From NCBI RefSeq assembly GCF_006345805.1, contig NC_043000.1, forward strand, positions 60,140,001-60,204,000: a stretch of 64,000 bases of DNA, given 5' to 3'. The position numbers and the translations under genes were made by a program. Positions 35,781 to 47,925 of this stretch are shown piece after piece. The DNA comes from Octopus sinensis. Lineage: Eukaryota. Position 1 is the stretch's first letter. Each line of letters begins with the position of its first letter. The notes under the pieces were generated by a model. The model saw only the letters and a list, made by a program, of their open reading frames with translations, was not told the origin of the DNA and did no database searches.

Positions 35781-38141
35781 ATATATATATAAAATATTAT
35801 AATCCTCACTTTTGGAGTGTATACCACAGTTTAGAGCAAGAGTAAAGTAACAGTGGTTGGAGGCATTCTTATTATAAAACCTAGGATATCTTTCAAAGTA
35901 ACTGTCTAGTAAGCATTAGACAACATGACTACTCTTATTGGTAATGTAAGGCTTGTTTATTTCAAGAGTAGTGATTAATAAAATACCAAAATAAAAATTA
36001 GGTTTATTCCAATAATGTTTATTTGTATAGTTTTGCCTTTCTTTGTTGTTATTTTTATGTTGTAAAGTGACAGCATTTTTGTTCTTAAACAGATGTACTG
36101 AGCTCTAATTATAGAGTTGGAAACCAGTAGTTGGGAAAACAAACTTAAAACTGTATGGATATTTTCTATCTCTTGGTGATTGATAAAAATAATATGATAC
36201 TGTTAATTTAAAACACTAAGAATCAATGTAGGCTGATATAAGCAACAACTACAACAACAACAAAAAAAGTAATTATAAACAATTCTTTCTTGAGAAAACA
36301 GTTAACATTGACCTTTTTTCTTGACAAAAAAAATGTAGTGTTAAAGTGGTATGAATAAGAAAAAAAATTAATGTAAACAGAAATGAATATATCTGGATAT
36401 CTGATTGAAAATAAACATACTGGATAGGGAAAGCAATTCTTGAATCCAGAAATTGTTTACCAACAGCATTAAAATAATGCAAGAGGTGAAATTATATATC
36501 ATGTACCTATCCTTAACAAGTGGAAAAACATAAGTGTAGATGATGATGGAGCCTACTACCTGCTGTTTGCCAATTTATAAGATTCATACAATATTCTAAT
36601 GCAATCCAGTAGTTTGTCTCGTGCAAATGTCTAGTGAATCATAACTTGCCAGATGCATGTGTCTCCACAAGGATTAAGAATAAAAATGTAATGTACTTCA
36701 AAAGCTGTATCATTCAAAGCCTAGTGAATGCAAATCATATCTCATGGGTAACATTTGAAGACTTTCTGTTTTGCATAACTATAAAATCCTCGACAGCTTT
36801 TCTAGTATATATCTATTCATCAATTCCCAATGGTAGATCAAAGGTATCCTTTTATTGGAAGCAAATAAAAAATATGATAAAATAAATTTGACCTAAGAAT
36901 CTCAGAGCTAATTTTTAATAACGGTTCCTTTCAGCTAACATCAATTTTAGTGATTAAACAATAACTATAGCAACACAATAAGCTTAATCTTTTTTAACAG
37001 AAAATGTTATTCAATACATATGTTACAAAAAGAAACTGATGTTCAGTAATAAATTACATTCTATAAAACTATTTATACAAACCAATGACTGAGCCTCAAT
37101 GTAGTCGTTCAATTAACGAGAAATAGCAACCAAATCTCACTCCATTTACATCCCAATGTCTTAAAAATAGAATGCATTAAATAATATGGCCCTGATTATC
37201 CTGTGTCAAGAAAAAATTCTAGATGTATTATGTAAACAACCATTAAATATTCCAATTTAATGCTCATGCCTACATAATTACAAAATAGCATTATACAACA
37301 TAGATACTTCAAAATACCCAACACCAATATCTACATATTAAATGAGATAATGTTGATAATTCAAGCTGACCACAACAATATGTAGAGAAGGCTTCAAATT
37401 GAAATAGATGACAAGTGAAAAGGATGTGATGGTGAAATGACTTGACAATTTTTTTTTATAATCCCCAAGTTGTATTACTAAGCAAAACTCATTACATAGT
37501 TTGTTTAGCTAAATATAGCCACCACATTAGCAGTAAAGAGTCAAAATCACTTAATCCAATAATTTATATTTCAAAATTTGGAAGCAAAAACATTTTTAAA
37601 ATTTACAAGTTCAAGAAATTGAAAAATGGTTGTGAAACTGAGTTTTTTTGTGAGTTCTTTTTTAATGTAGCGTAGAGCTTAGTAAAGATTTTGATCACTT
37701 TTGATGTTAGAAATACTGATGAACACTCTTCTTTTTTTGTAACATGAGTTCCTTAACAAGTAACTGTTAGAAAACAACTGCAAGCTAACCAAATTAATTA
37801 CTGGCATTTTTTCCTGATTATTTTTCTTCCTTTGTTCTTTAGGTTTTTTTAGAAAGCTGTTCTAACCAATAAATAAGTAAATAGATGTTTTCCTTTGGTA
37901 TGTATTCTCTCATTGCATTTTTCAGTATTTTTTTACATTGATACAATAATCAAAAGAAATCAAGGACTGGTAAATAATGATATTGTTGTGAAGAGACTAT
38001 TGACAATAATGTATAATTAACTTCAACTTCAGTACAGTTGAGTTAACATGAACAAAAAAGAGAAAACCTCAGTGAGAGAATTAAAAAATAAAATGGACAA
38101 GAATAGGAATAGTGAGAGATTATATGAAGGAAACTGAAGGA

Positions 38142-38230
38142 AGAAATTAATGAGAAAACAAAGGGTAAGTCAGAAATTAATGAGAAAACAAAGGCTAAAC
38201 CAGAAATTAATGAGAAAACGAGGTTTAGAC
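38142..38230. repeat. 30-bp minisatellite, 3 units
   Basis: agaaattaatgagaaaac at 38142, 38172 and 38202. Confidence 0.93.
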
Positions 38231-40182
38231 AGAACAGATGTGAACAAGTTGAACATTGGGAAAATGATAAAAAGTAAAGAGCGAAAGAGAAATTAACCTG
38301 AGAGTAAATTTGTATATAAGAGACTAAAAAGAGATTTCAATGTTCAGATTAAGATTTAAAAGATTTCCTGCCTTACAAATTGATGACCTGCTTAGCCACA
38401 GTAAGTAAAGTCCGCAAAAAGAAAAAAAAAAGGAAATGAAGTAAAAAGCAGGTATGGCTAACATCTTAAAAATGAAAGAACATACAAAATAATGTAGCAC
38501 TAGATACACTGCCTTGTCATGACTGGAAGGCCTTACATCATAAGTTTGCTTAGTCAAATTGGTGTACAGACCAAACAACAATAGATGAAAATATTAAGAC
38601 TTAAGAAGTTCACAGCTCAGCCATGTGGTTTAGGGATTAGTGTCAATGAGTGGCATTTTGAGTAAGAGTTTTCAACCATAATCTAGGGACCAATTTCATA
38701 TGAAAGAAATTGATAAACAGAAACCATACAAATTCCTGTCATATGTGTGAGTTCATGTCTGTCTGTCTGTCTCCTTACCTGTCTTTACACTCTTATGTCC
38801 AGAAACTTAGCAGTTACAGATCAATAAGTACCAGACTAGCACAAACATTCTGATTAATATGATCAATTAAAAATCTTTCAAAGTAATGCCCCAGCATGGC
38901 CACATTCTAGTCACTAAAAAAGATGAACTAATAAAAAGAGTCTTTACATAATTGCTTAACCAGCTAGTAGTTTTAGCCAAACCTCTCTCAAATCATAAAA
39001 ATAGGACAAAAATAATGTAATGTTAGAGACACTGTCTTATCATAGCTGGAATGCTTCATCACAAGTCTTATTAATCAAGGTTGGTTTGCAAACTAAATAA
39101 CAATACACGTATAATCATTAAGACTTAATTGTACTTCCCTTTTGGTACATCTACATATTATCTCTAAATGTTTTATCACAGGGTATCCTTCAGTCAATTT
39201 CTTTATTAACCATGAGGTTGAGAAAAAGAGGGGACGATACAAGGACAGACAAACCAAACATTGGGGTCAGGGTATCAAATGAGACGAAACGTACAAATAA
39301 ACAGTTAAAATATATACAATTAAATGAGAATGAGTGATTTACAAAAAATGAAGCAGAGGGCACGGTCAACCCCACAAACCACATACACTGGTCAGAGGCT
39401 GTCAGATTTGTTACATTTCAGTTTTAAAAATACTGTATGAAATTCAACAATAAAGAATATAACATCCTTTTTATTCTTACTGATCTTTGTTGTTTCCCTG
39501 CTAGATACTATTATAATAAAAATAATCCACTCAACATATTTAGATTTTTAAATTCAAATATTCAAAAAAAGACAGATTAATGAAACTTTCTAATGAAAGA
39601 TACTATCATAAGAATTTTACAAGAGCTCACTCTGTGGATGATTTGCCATTAGGAGTAAAAGAATGCAATGTTTTGAGTGCTTGTTCATCAGGGAGCGAAT
39701 ATTAAAATTTCATCACCTAGGTTACAAAATTAGCAGATCAGAAAAATGAATGAAGGAATTGATGTGGTTAGAGAGAAAATGAAATGCCAGTGGGACATGG
39801 TGTGAGTAGTGTGTGAGATAGTGTGATTAGTGTGAGGGTTGATACAAGTAAAGTGGGAACCAAACAATGATAGAGGAAGTAAAGTTTAAAAAAAAGGTGT
39901 AGTCAAATATTGTAGCAGGTTCCACATTAGGTGAAGGCCAAATCAGATGAGGTAAGAACTGAAATGTCATATCAACATTGTTCATGGTGTTCATGAGGAA
40001 TCCTTTGTTGGTTTTAACAATGAGCATTCATTTGTTGGACCAACTAAACATCTAACTTTTTAAATTAATATAGAAGTGGCTGAGTATTCCACAGACAACA
40101 ATAACTTTCACATAATTCCCAAGCTGGATTAGCATGACAGAAATGCAAGCAACAGGCTTGCCTCTCTGAACAAATTCTTCAC

Positions 40183-40545
40183 AGGTGCAGGAGTGGTTGT
40201 GTGGTAAGTAGCTTGCTTACCAACCACATGGTTCCGGGTTCAGTCCCACTGCGTGACACCTTGGGCAAGTATCTTCTACTATAGCCTCGGGCCGACCAAA
40301 GCCTTGTGAGTGGATTTGGTAGATGAAAACTGAAGGAAGCCCGTCGTATGTGTGTGTGTGTGGGTTTGTCTCCACAACATTGCTTGACAACCAATGTTGG
40401 TGTGTTTATGTCCCCGTAACTTAGCAGTTCGGCATAAGAGACGGATAAAATAAGTACTAGGCTTACAAAAAAATAAGTTCTGGGGTCGATTTGCTTGACT
40501 AAAAGGTGGTGCTCCAGCATGGCTGCAGTCAAATGACTGAAACAA
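40183..40545 (+). mobile_element. SINE family A, young full-length copy
   Basis: gcaggagtggttgtgtggtaagtagcttgcttaccaaccacatggttccgggttcagtccc..gaaacaagtaaaagagt. Confidence 0.93.
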
Positions 40546-40788
40546 GTAAAAGAGTATGTCTTTAAAATGGAAAAATATATGCTCCAAATGCTAAATTATA
40601 CATCAGTATCCTTGCAATTATTGTGAGCATAACTATGTACAAACAAGACCACAACTTGATAAATGGAGGTTCTGACCCAACAACATGTGTCAACATTTTA
40701 GATTAATACAAGCAAGTAATGAATATTATTTAATTTGATGTGCTAAGTAGTAAAAATAAGACTGTTATTGAAATTCCATGTTACTTAC

Positions 40789-40869
40789 TGATCTGCAGTA
40801 TCATCAGATGTTTTTGTTACAGAAAGCTTACCAAAACCTCTTAGCACAAAATAGTCTCCAAAGTCAAAA
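40789..40869 (-). CDS. Candidate small exon with two alternative donors
   Basis: Acceptor tttctatattcag. Donors TG|GTAAGC (exon end 40832) and CA|GTAAGT (exon end 40789). Frame FDFGDYFVLRGFGKLSVTKTSDDTAD is open to both. Confidence 0.25.
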
Positions 40870-43329
40870 CTGAATATAGAAACTAAGAGTTACTGCAAAG
40901 ATAAAAAGCTGATCATCTGCCCCCATTCCTTGGATGCACACACACACAAATTTCAGCCTTTCATGTTGATAATGAAAACATGACAGATTTATTCCAATAC
41001 GTATCAAAATATATGCGAACAGGAAACAAAAGTAGACTACACTGATTCTCTCAATATTGCTTAGATTTTGACCAATACATGACAAAACTATAAATGTATA
41101 AACATATTTTTTTGAGCTGTGTCTTTTTGAACTCATTAATAGTAACAAACCTTAATCTCTCGACAAATCTGACAATTCGTTTATACTTCTAATCTCCTTT
41201 AGAGAACATTATAAAGAAAGGACATAGGTTTATAAGAGAAATTTCAAAGAATTATTCATGAACAATTGTTAGAGATTCCAGAGCAGTACTACAAAAACAA
41301 AATTATTACTTTGATTAGAGCTTTGATCTTTTTCGATGACTGCCATTTTTATAACTCAACATTGAAGTCTTATGTTAGTATGATGTAGGGAAATATTGAT
41401 TTCTCACAAAATTTTTAGGAGATGGATATACTCAGTCAACCTTAGATTATAACTGGTGCTTCTACAAAGCAACAAGGGAACCCTTACACGGTTGCACAAC
41501 CTGCAGGAAATACCAGCAAACTCTTGCCTCAAACTATGCTTTTGCCAGCTTAAAAAGGTTAGGATATATTCAATAAAGCAGTCCAAAATATGCTTTATTT
41601 GAAATTAAAATAAATAATTAAAAATTAATTATGCTTTGACTGCCTTCAAAGGAATTAAACCATACACTACTTCTTATGTTTCATTTTCAAATGTTCATTA
41701 TCGCTAGCTATCATCTGTTTTCAGCAGTTTCAAGACCATGGATCACTCAAATGCTATCAATGGTTTAACTAGTGAAAGTTTGAATGATCACAATGTTAAG
41801 AATTTCAATATCTTAGTAAAGATGCAAGAGAAGTAGGTAAAGCTACAGCTTGTAGTCTATATTTACATTATCATGATATTGGGAACAAAAACAGTGAATT
41901 GGCACAAGTGTCAGAGCATTGGTCAAAATACTTGTATTTCACACACCGTGTGTGTGTACATGGTGGAGTTACAACTCTCCTCATAATGGCTGATAGGCCA
42001 AGCTGGGATTTGAAATCAGAATACAAAAGGCCAGAACAAATACCACAAGATATCTCATCTAATATCCAACAATTCCTGAAGTTCATTGCCTTAGACTGAT
42101 ACTTTGATCAATTCTAAAAGGAAAAAAGGTAAAATTAATTTCAGAAGAATTTGAATTCAGAATGCAAAGAGCCAGAATAAATGCTGTGAAGTCATCCAAT
42201 GCTCTAGCACTTGTGCTAATTCCCTGCTTTTGTTTCCAATGTTATAGTAATGTATACATAGACTATATGCCATAGTTTTACCCTACTTCTCTCTATCTTT
42301 ATGAAGAAACCAAAATTCTTAACACAGTTATAATTCAAACTTCCACTCCTAAATTTCTAAAACATCTAAAACATCCTCAACCACTGCTTAATCATTTCTC
42401 TGACTAACTAAATCTCTTTTAAATATAAAATAAACAAAATAATAAATGAAAAATAAAATGAAAGAAAAAAAAAACAAAATAAAGAATAAGAAGCAGCTTT
42501 ATATCTTGTTTATGAATGCATCAGATCAGACATTTACATCTTGAAGGTATGTGAAATATATGTTGTGATGGAATGTAACATGACTTGGAGATATGTAGCA
42601 TCAAAGAATTTCCAAATGTAACTTTAAATTATTTTAGTATTTGTTAATAAACAGAGCAAGCAACTAAAAATTTGCCACATATATATAGCAATAGTCTTCT
42701 GTTGCATCAGTTTTGTGGATGAATATTCAGTTGTTTGATCAACTGAACTATCTGCCCAATGATGTGTAAGTGATTTACATTAACCTGTAAAGGAGTAGGC
42801 AGTCCTTGGACACGTGTAATTATCACAAGGAATCAGTATGGTGCAGTGTAACAAGGCTGAACTGTTAAAAGACAAGCACAATCCACCCACAAGGCTTCCA
42901 CACAATTTCCATCTAACTTGTTTCACGCACAAAGTTGACCCAAGATGATATGCAGTAGGATCAATCCCAGGTCCTTGTTACTGTGAAACAAACTTCTTAT
43001 CTAGCTGTGTTGCATCTATATACTGATGTTGTAAATAAAATAAAATGTAAACAAAGGAATATATATTTATAACATATTTAGATCTGTTGTAAAGTGATTT
43101 GGGAGAGTTATAAATAGCAAATTACTGGCAAAGAAATTACAAATGAAATTAAGTTTAATACTATTGGTTCTCATCAAGTTACATACAATTAGTCATATGC
43201 AGTGCTGGAGGCAGGCAATACAAAGATACTAAGAAACGAGTTGTTTTATTGCTTATATGTCTTACCTAATAATTTGAAGTTACCACCTTAAAACCACTCC
43301 TGAGTAAAACTGTTTTTAAGATGAGTGTT

Positions 43330-43710
43330 TAGGTGCAAGAGTGGCTGTATGGTAAGAAGTTTGCTTCCCACATGGTTCCAGATTCAGTCTTACTGCATGG
43401 CATCTTGGCCTTCTACTATAACCCTGGGCATGCAAAAGCCTTGTGAATGAATTTGGTAGATGGAAACTGAAAGAAGCCTGTCGTGTATAGACAGACAGAC
43501 ATACAGATAGATCTGCATCTGTGCTTGTCCCCTGCCACTGCTAGACAACTGATTTTGGTTGTCCCCTAACTTAGCAGTTTGACAAAAGGTACCGATAGAA
43601 TACGTACCAGGCTTTGAAAAAATAAAAGTACTAGGGATCAATTCAGTCAACTAAAATTCTTCAAGGCAGTACCCCAGCATGACTGCTGTCTAATGAGTGA
43701 ATTAAAAAGA
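43330..43710 (+). mobile_element. SINE family A, full length, diverged
   Basis: ggtgcaagagtggctgtatggtaagaag..gatggaaactgaaagaagcc..ccccagcatgactgc. Confidence 0.85.
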
Positions 43711-43723
43711 AATTTATAACTAA

Positions 43724-44240
43724 CTAGCAGTATCGCCCGGCGTTGCTCGGGTTTGTAAGGGAAATAACTATATAAGCATTTTTAGAGAGTTACTTCCTTT
43801 ATAGATGCCAATTCGGGCTTTCTTAGCCATTTCTGTTTTGGTGTCTTCAAGCCATGAAGTCGTTGTTCTAAAAGAACGCTGGTCTCCTTGACAACGCATT
43901 ACGACGTTGATTTCCTTACACTCCCTTCCTCACAGCTTCACGAGGGATGGAAGAAGGGGGAGAAGCAAACACAGGTGCAGGTGTTTGAGCATGGACGCCA
44001 ACTCCGCCGCCATCGACACACGAAAAATTATGCATTAAAATGGAATAAAAAATGATGTTAAATTATTTTTAAAATTGTAGACTCATCGTAGACGCGCGCT
44101 AATAGCCAGACGGGCTCGATATTAATCATGACTATAAGATACCCGAATTTGGTTAAACTGCACCGCAAAATGTGGGAGGAGTTAGGAATCTAAATCGTAG
44201 GAGACAGACACTCACACAACTACAGTTTTATATATATAGA
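43724..44240 (-). mobile_element. Non-autonomous Helitron, 517 bp, young
   Basis: Minus strand begins TC at 44240 and ends CTAG at 43724, inserted between A and T with no TSD. Hairpin CCCGAGCAACGCCGGG (43736-43751) lies 8 nt before CTAG. CpG-rich compared with flanks. Confidence 0.9.
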
Positions 44241-44277
44241 TTAATTCTCCTACCATTATATGGTGCCACACATAATG

Positions 44278-44477
44278 GCTTCTAACTCGAACACAATGGC
44301 AGCAGTTTTCAACACCATGAACCCAGTACTTGACTGGTACTTTATTTCTTCAACCCCTGGAGGGTTTAAAAGACAAAGTTGACCTCAGAAAGATTTGTAT
44401 TCAGAACATAAAGAGCCAGAAAAAATACTTTAAAGCATTTTTTCCAGTTCTTTAACTATTCTACCAGATCAAGCCTT
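44278..44477 (-). mobile_element. SINE family B copy bounded by a 19-bp target-site duplication
   Basis: tatggtgccacacataatg (44259-44277) and tatggtgccatacataatg (44478-44496) flank ctggtactttatt..caaagttgacctc..ttcagaac. Confidence 0.8.
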
Positions 44478-44544
44478 TATGGTGCCATACATAATGATTT
44501 CCAATAATTAATAATTTATAACAATGTTAGATATGAATATTCTT

Positions 44545-44649
44545 TTCATCCATATCTCTCTCTCTCTCTCTACATATATATATATATATATCTTATAAGT
44601 GCATACACACACATATATATTATATAGCATATTATATATTTATTATATG

Positions 44650-44700
<51 letters not shown>
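44545..44700. repeat. (CT)n/(TA)n compound microsatellite
   Basis: Read directly from the sequence. Confidence 0.93.
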
Positions 44701-44704
<4 letters not shown>

Positions 44705-45273
44705 TTTCCAAAAAGAGAACACAATAGAAAGAACAATTTTTATATTAAAGAAAAAGCATTCCTTCATCCTACATTGGTACTAAATAGTGCAAGGTTGACT
44801 TGAACATAGCTACACACCTTTAATAAGTAATTTGCATGAATTTCTTTATTTCCTTTAGTTATAAGTGTCTATTTCTGAAGAGTATATTTCAAAAGCTATT
44901 TTCTTAAATTTACAGAATTTTCTTTTTGTTTTCAAATTTGAACCAATAAAACCATAACATTAAAAAAATGTTTTCTAAAGATATTTAGAGAGAGAGATAG
45001 AAAGATAGAGAGACAGAGACAGAGAATACTGTTTGGACATTATCTTTCTCTTTCAATTTCTTTCTGAAACTTATGTTTAGCCATATCTGCATCATATACA
45101 TTTGTGTTTTCTTCCTTGCGTACATAAAAATAGATTTATTGGTCATAACGCTGGTTTTTTTCTTTTTAAGTGTAGCATACATTTTATAAGAAATAATCTA
45201 TAAAATATCTAGTATATATTTGTAAATATTAATTCTTGAACAAATGTAATATTAATAAATGTTGTTTTATAGA

Positions 45274-45291
45274 CATACATACATACATACA

Positions 45292-45318
<27 letters not shown>
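45274..45318. repeat. (ACAT)n microsatellite
   Basis: Read directly from the sequence. Confidence 0.95.
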
Positions 45319-45323
<5 letters not shown>

Positions 45324-45888
45324 GTTATTATTTTAACATGCACATTTCTATGCTCACGTGAGTTGGACAGAATTTGTTATCCCTTCATGCTGTCGACCTT
45401 TATCTCTTTCCAAGTAAGATATTTCCTCATAGTAAGGTAAGTTTTCAAGGAAGATTGTGAAAGTGACACTTGTTTACAACTGTCATGCAATATCAAGATG
45501 ACACCAACTCACACACACACACACACACACACATATATAAAATCATAAAATATATAATTAGCAGCTTTATCATTTTAAAATCTACTTTTCCATGCTGCAT
45601 GAATTGGACAGGACCTTTTGAGAGTGTTATATCACCAGATACTCTGCCGGATGCCAATCCTTTTAGTTGTCTCTCAAATATACAGGAATACAATGTATTT
45701 ATTCTAAAACCTTGGATTTATATAAATTTATAATCCATAGTTATTTAATGCTATTGCGCCTGTGATCCATCTAAGTCACTGCTGGTGATATCATCAATTT
45801 AAAAATTTATCCACAGATGATATGAACAGTAGTGACAACTGATTTCAAATTTCAGTGTTTGAATGTTTTGCTTATATATATATATATA

Positions 45889-45939
<51 letters not shown>

Positions 45940-46019
45940 GGGGGGAGAAACAGACAGAGACAGATACATTGTCTGCAATCATCTCTTCTCTACAATTACT
46001 CTCTTCTATTCACATGTTT

Positions 46020-46400
46020 AACTTTTACTTCTTTTGGTCATTAGACTGCAGCCATGCTGGGGTGCTGCCTTGAAGAATTTTTAGTTGAATGAATCAACCC
46101 CAGTTCTTCCATTTTGCTAATCCTGGTATTTGTTCTATCCATTTCTTTTGCTGAACTGCTAAGTTACAGGGAAGTAAACACACCAACACTGGCTGTCAAG
46201 CAGTACTACAAGACAGACACAAACACACATACACACATATACAGCAGGATTCTTTCAGCTTCCATCTACCAAATCCACTCACAAAGCTTTGATCAGTCCA
46301 AGGCTATAGTATAAGACACTTGTTCATGGTGCCACACAGTGGGATTGAACCTGGAACCATGCAGTCAGGAAGCAAGCTTCTTACCACATAGCCACACCTA
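46020..46400 (-). mobile_element. SINE family A, full length, diverged
   Basis: ggtcattagactgcagccatgctgggg..ccatctaccaaatccactcac..cttaccacatagccac. Confidence 0.85.
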
Positions 46401-47149
46401 GAGTAGTGAGGACTTTCCTTGCAGAATACAAGACAACCACAGTGCTGATACTACAATAGAATGCACCTAATTCACTCTGTAAAAAGGTTGGAAAATTAAC
46501 AGAAACAAGAATAGACACTAGTTTTGTCTGTTGTGGCAAAATTTGAACTCATGTTCATAAATTGGTTTCCAGTCAGATATTCAACATCTTACACTCAAAA
46601 TTTCTATTCCAAGTTATATGTATGTGTATACATGAATGGGTTTGTATATGCATTTACTAAGGTAGAGAAGGTGATCCTAGTCGCTGATGTATTTACATAC
46701 ATAGATGTGTGTGCATGTATGTTTCAAATGACAACCTTTGAGTGATTTTTAAATTGAATATATGAATAATTCAATTGCTTTGAATAAATTGAAGGGTTTC
46801 AATGAGAATGTTGTTTAACTAGAGTGGGAAGTTTAGTAGAGAACTATCAGGAAAATTATTCAACTTGAAACAATTTGAATAAAATCAAATTAAATGATAG
46901 TGCAGTAAAGTAAGGGTAAAGGTTAACATTTAAGATAAAATAGACTGTGGAGGGAGAGGATATACATCTATGTCTAAAGGAGTAGTATTAACACTGTTTG
47001 CACATAACTAGCTGTGAACAGCAATGTATGGCTATTGCATTAATACAGCTGAGGTTATTTAATGATGCTACCTATTGCTGCTACTGATGGTGATGGTGAA
47101 GTAAAAGGAAAATGATAGTAGCACTGATAATGATTAGGCAATGACTAAA

Positions 47150-47925
47150 GGTTGATGTGTGACTGATGGTGTTCAACTACTGATGTAAAACTGATGACTG
47201 ATGCATGAGACTGCTATTGATGCACTTAACGATACTAATGCATGTGACTGATACTAATACATGTGACTGATAGTGATGTATGACTGATAATTATGTGATT
47301 GATGTTGACATACAGTTGATGTGACTGATGAAGATATGCAACTAAGGTGGAATGGATGATGTGTGATTGTTGTATGTGACTGATAATAATGTGTGTGACT
47401 GAATGATGTAGGATTACTATTGACAAGTAACTGATACTGATGAGTGGGTAATATTGGTGTGCAACTGTGCTTGGTGACATTTCATCCAGCTTCACATTCT
47501 GGGTTCAAATTCTGTCAAGGTTGATTTTGTCTTTCATCATTTCGAAGTCAATGAAATAAGTACCAGTTGAGCACAAGGGCTGATGTAACTGACTAGTCTC
47601 CCCATCTCCTTCATAATTTTAGGCCTTGTGCCTATAGTAGAACGGATATTAAGAGTAAAAATCCTAATTGTATAAGTGAAAATGGTATAACTAATAATAG
47701 CAATTGACAATCATATGAATAAGATAAGAGTAATAATGATGATGATGTAATTGATAATGATGTGAATGATGGGGATGTGTGAGTGACAGGGATATGTGAG
47801 TGATAGTTATGTGAATGATAATATGATGTGATGTGACTAATAATGATGATTATGAGACTAATAATGATTATTAAAGAGGATTCAACTGATGGTGATTATC
47901 ATGATAGTGATGATGATGATGAAAA
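47150..47925. repeat. Decayed atgtgactgat-type minisatellite interrupted by a family B SINE (~47450-47650, + strand)
   Basis: atgtgactgat recurs at ~18-21 nt spacing on both sides of ctgggttcaaattctgtcaaggttgattttgtctttcatcatttcg. Confidence 0.75.
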
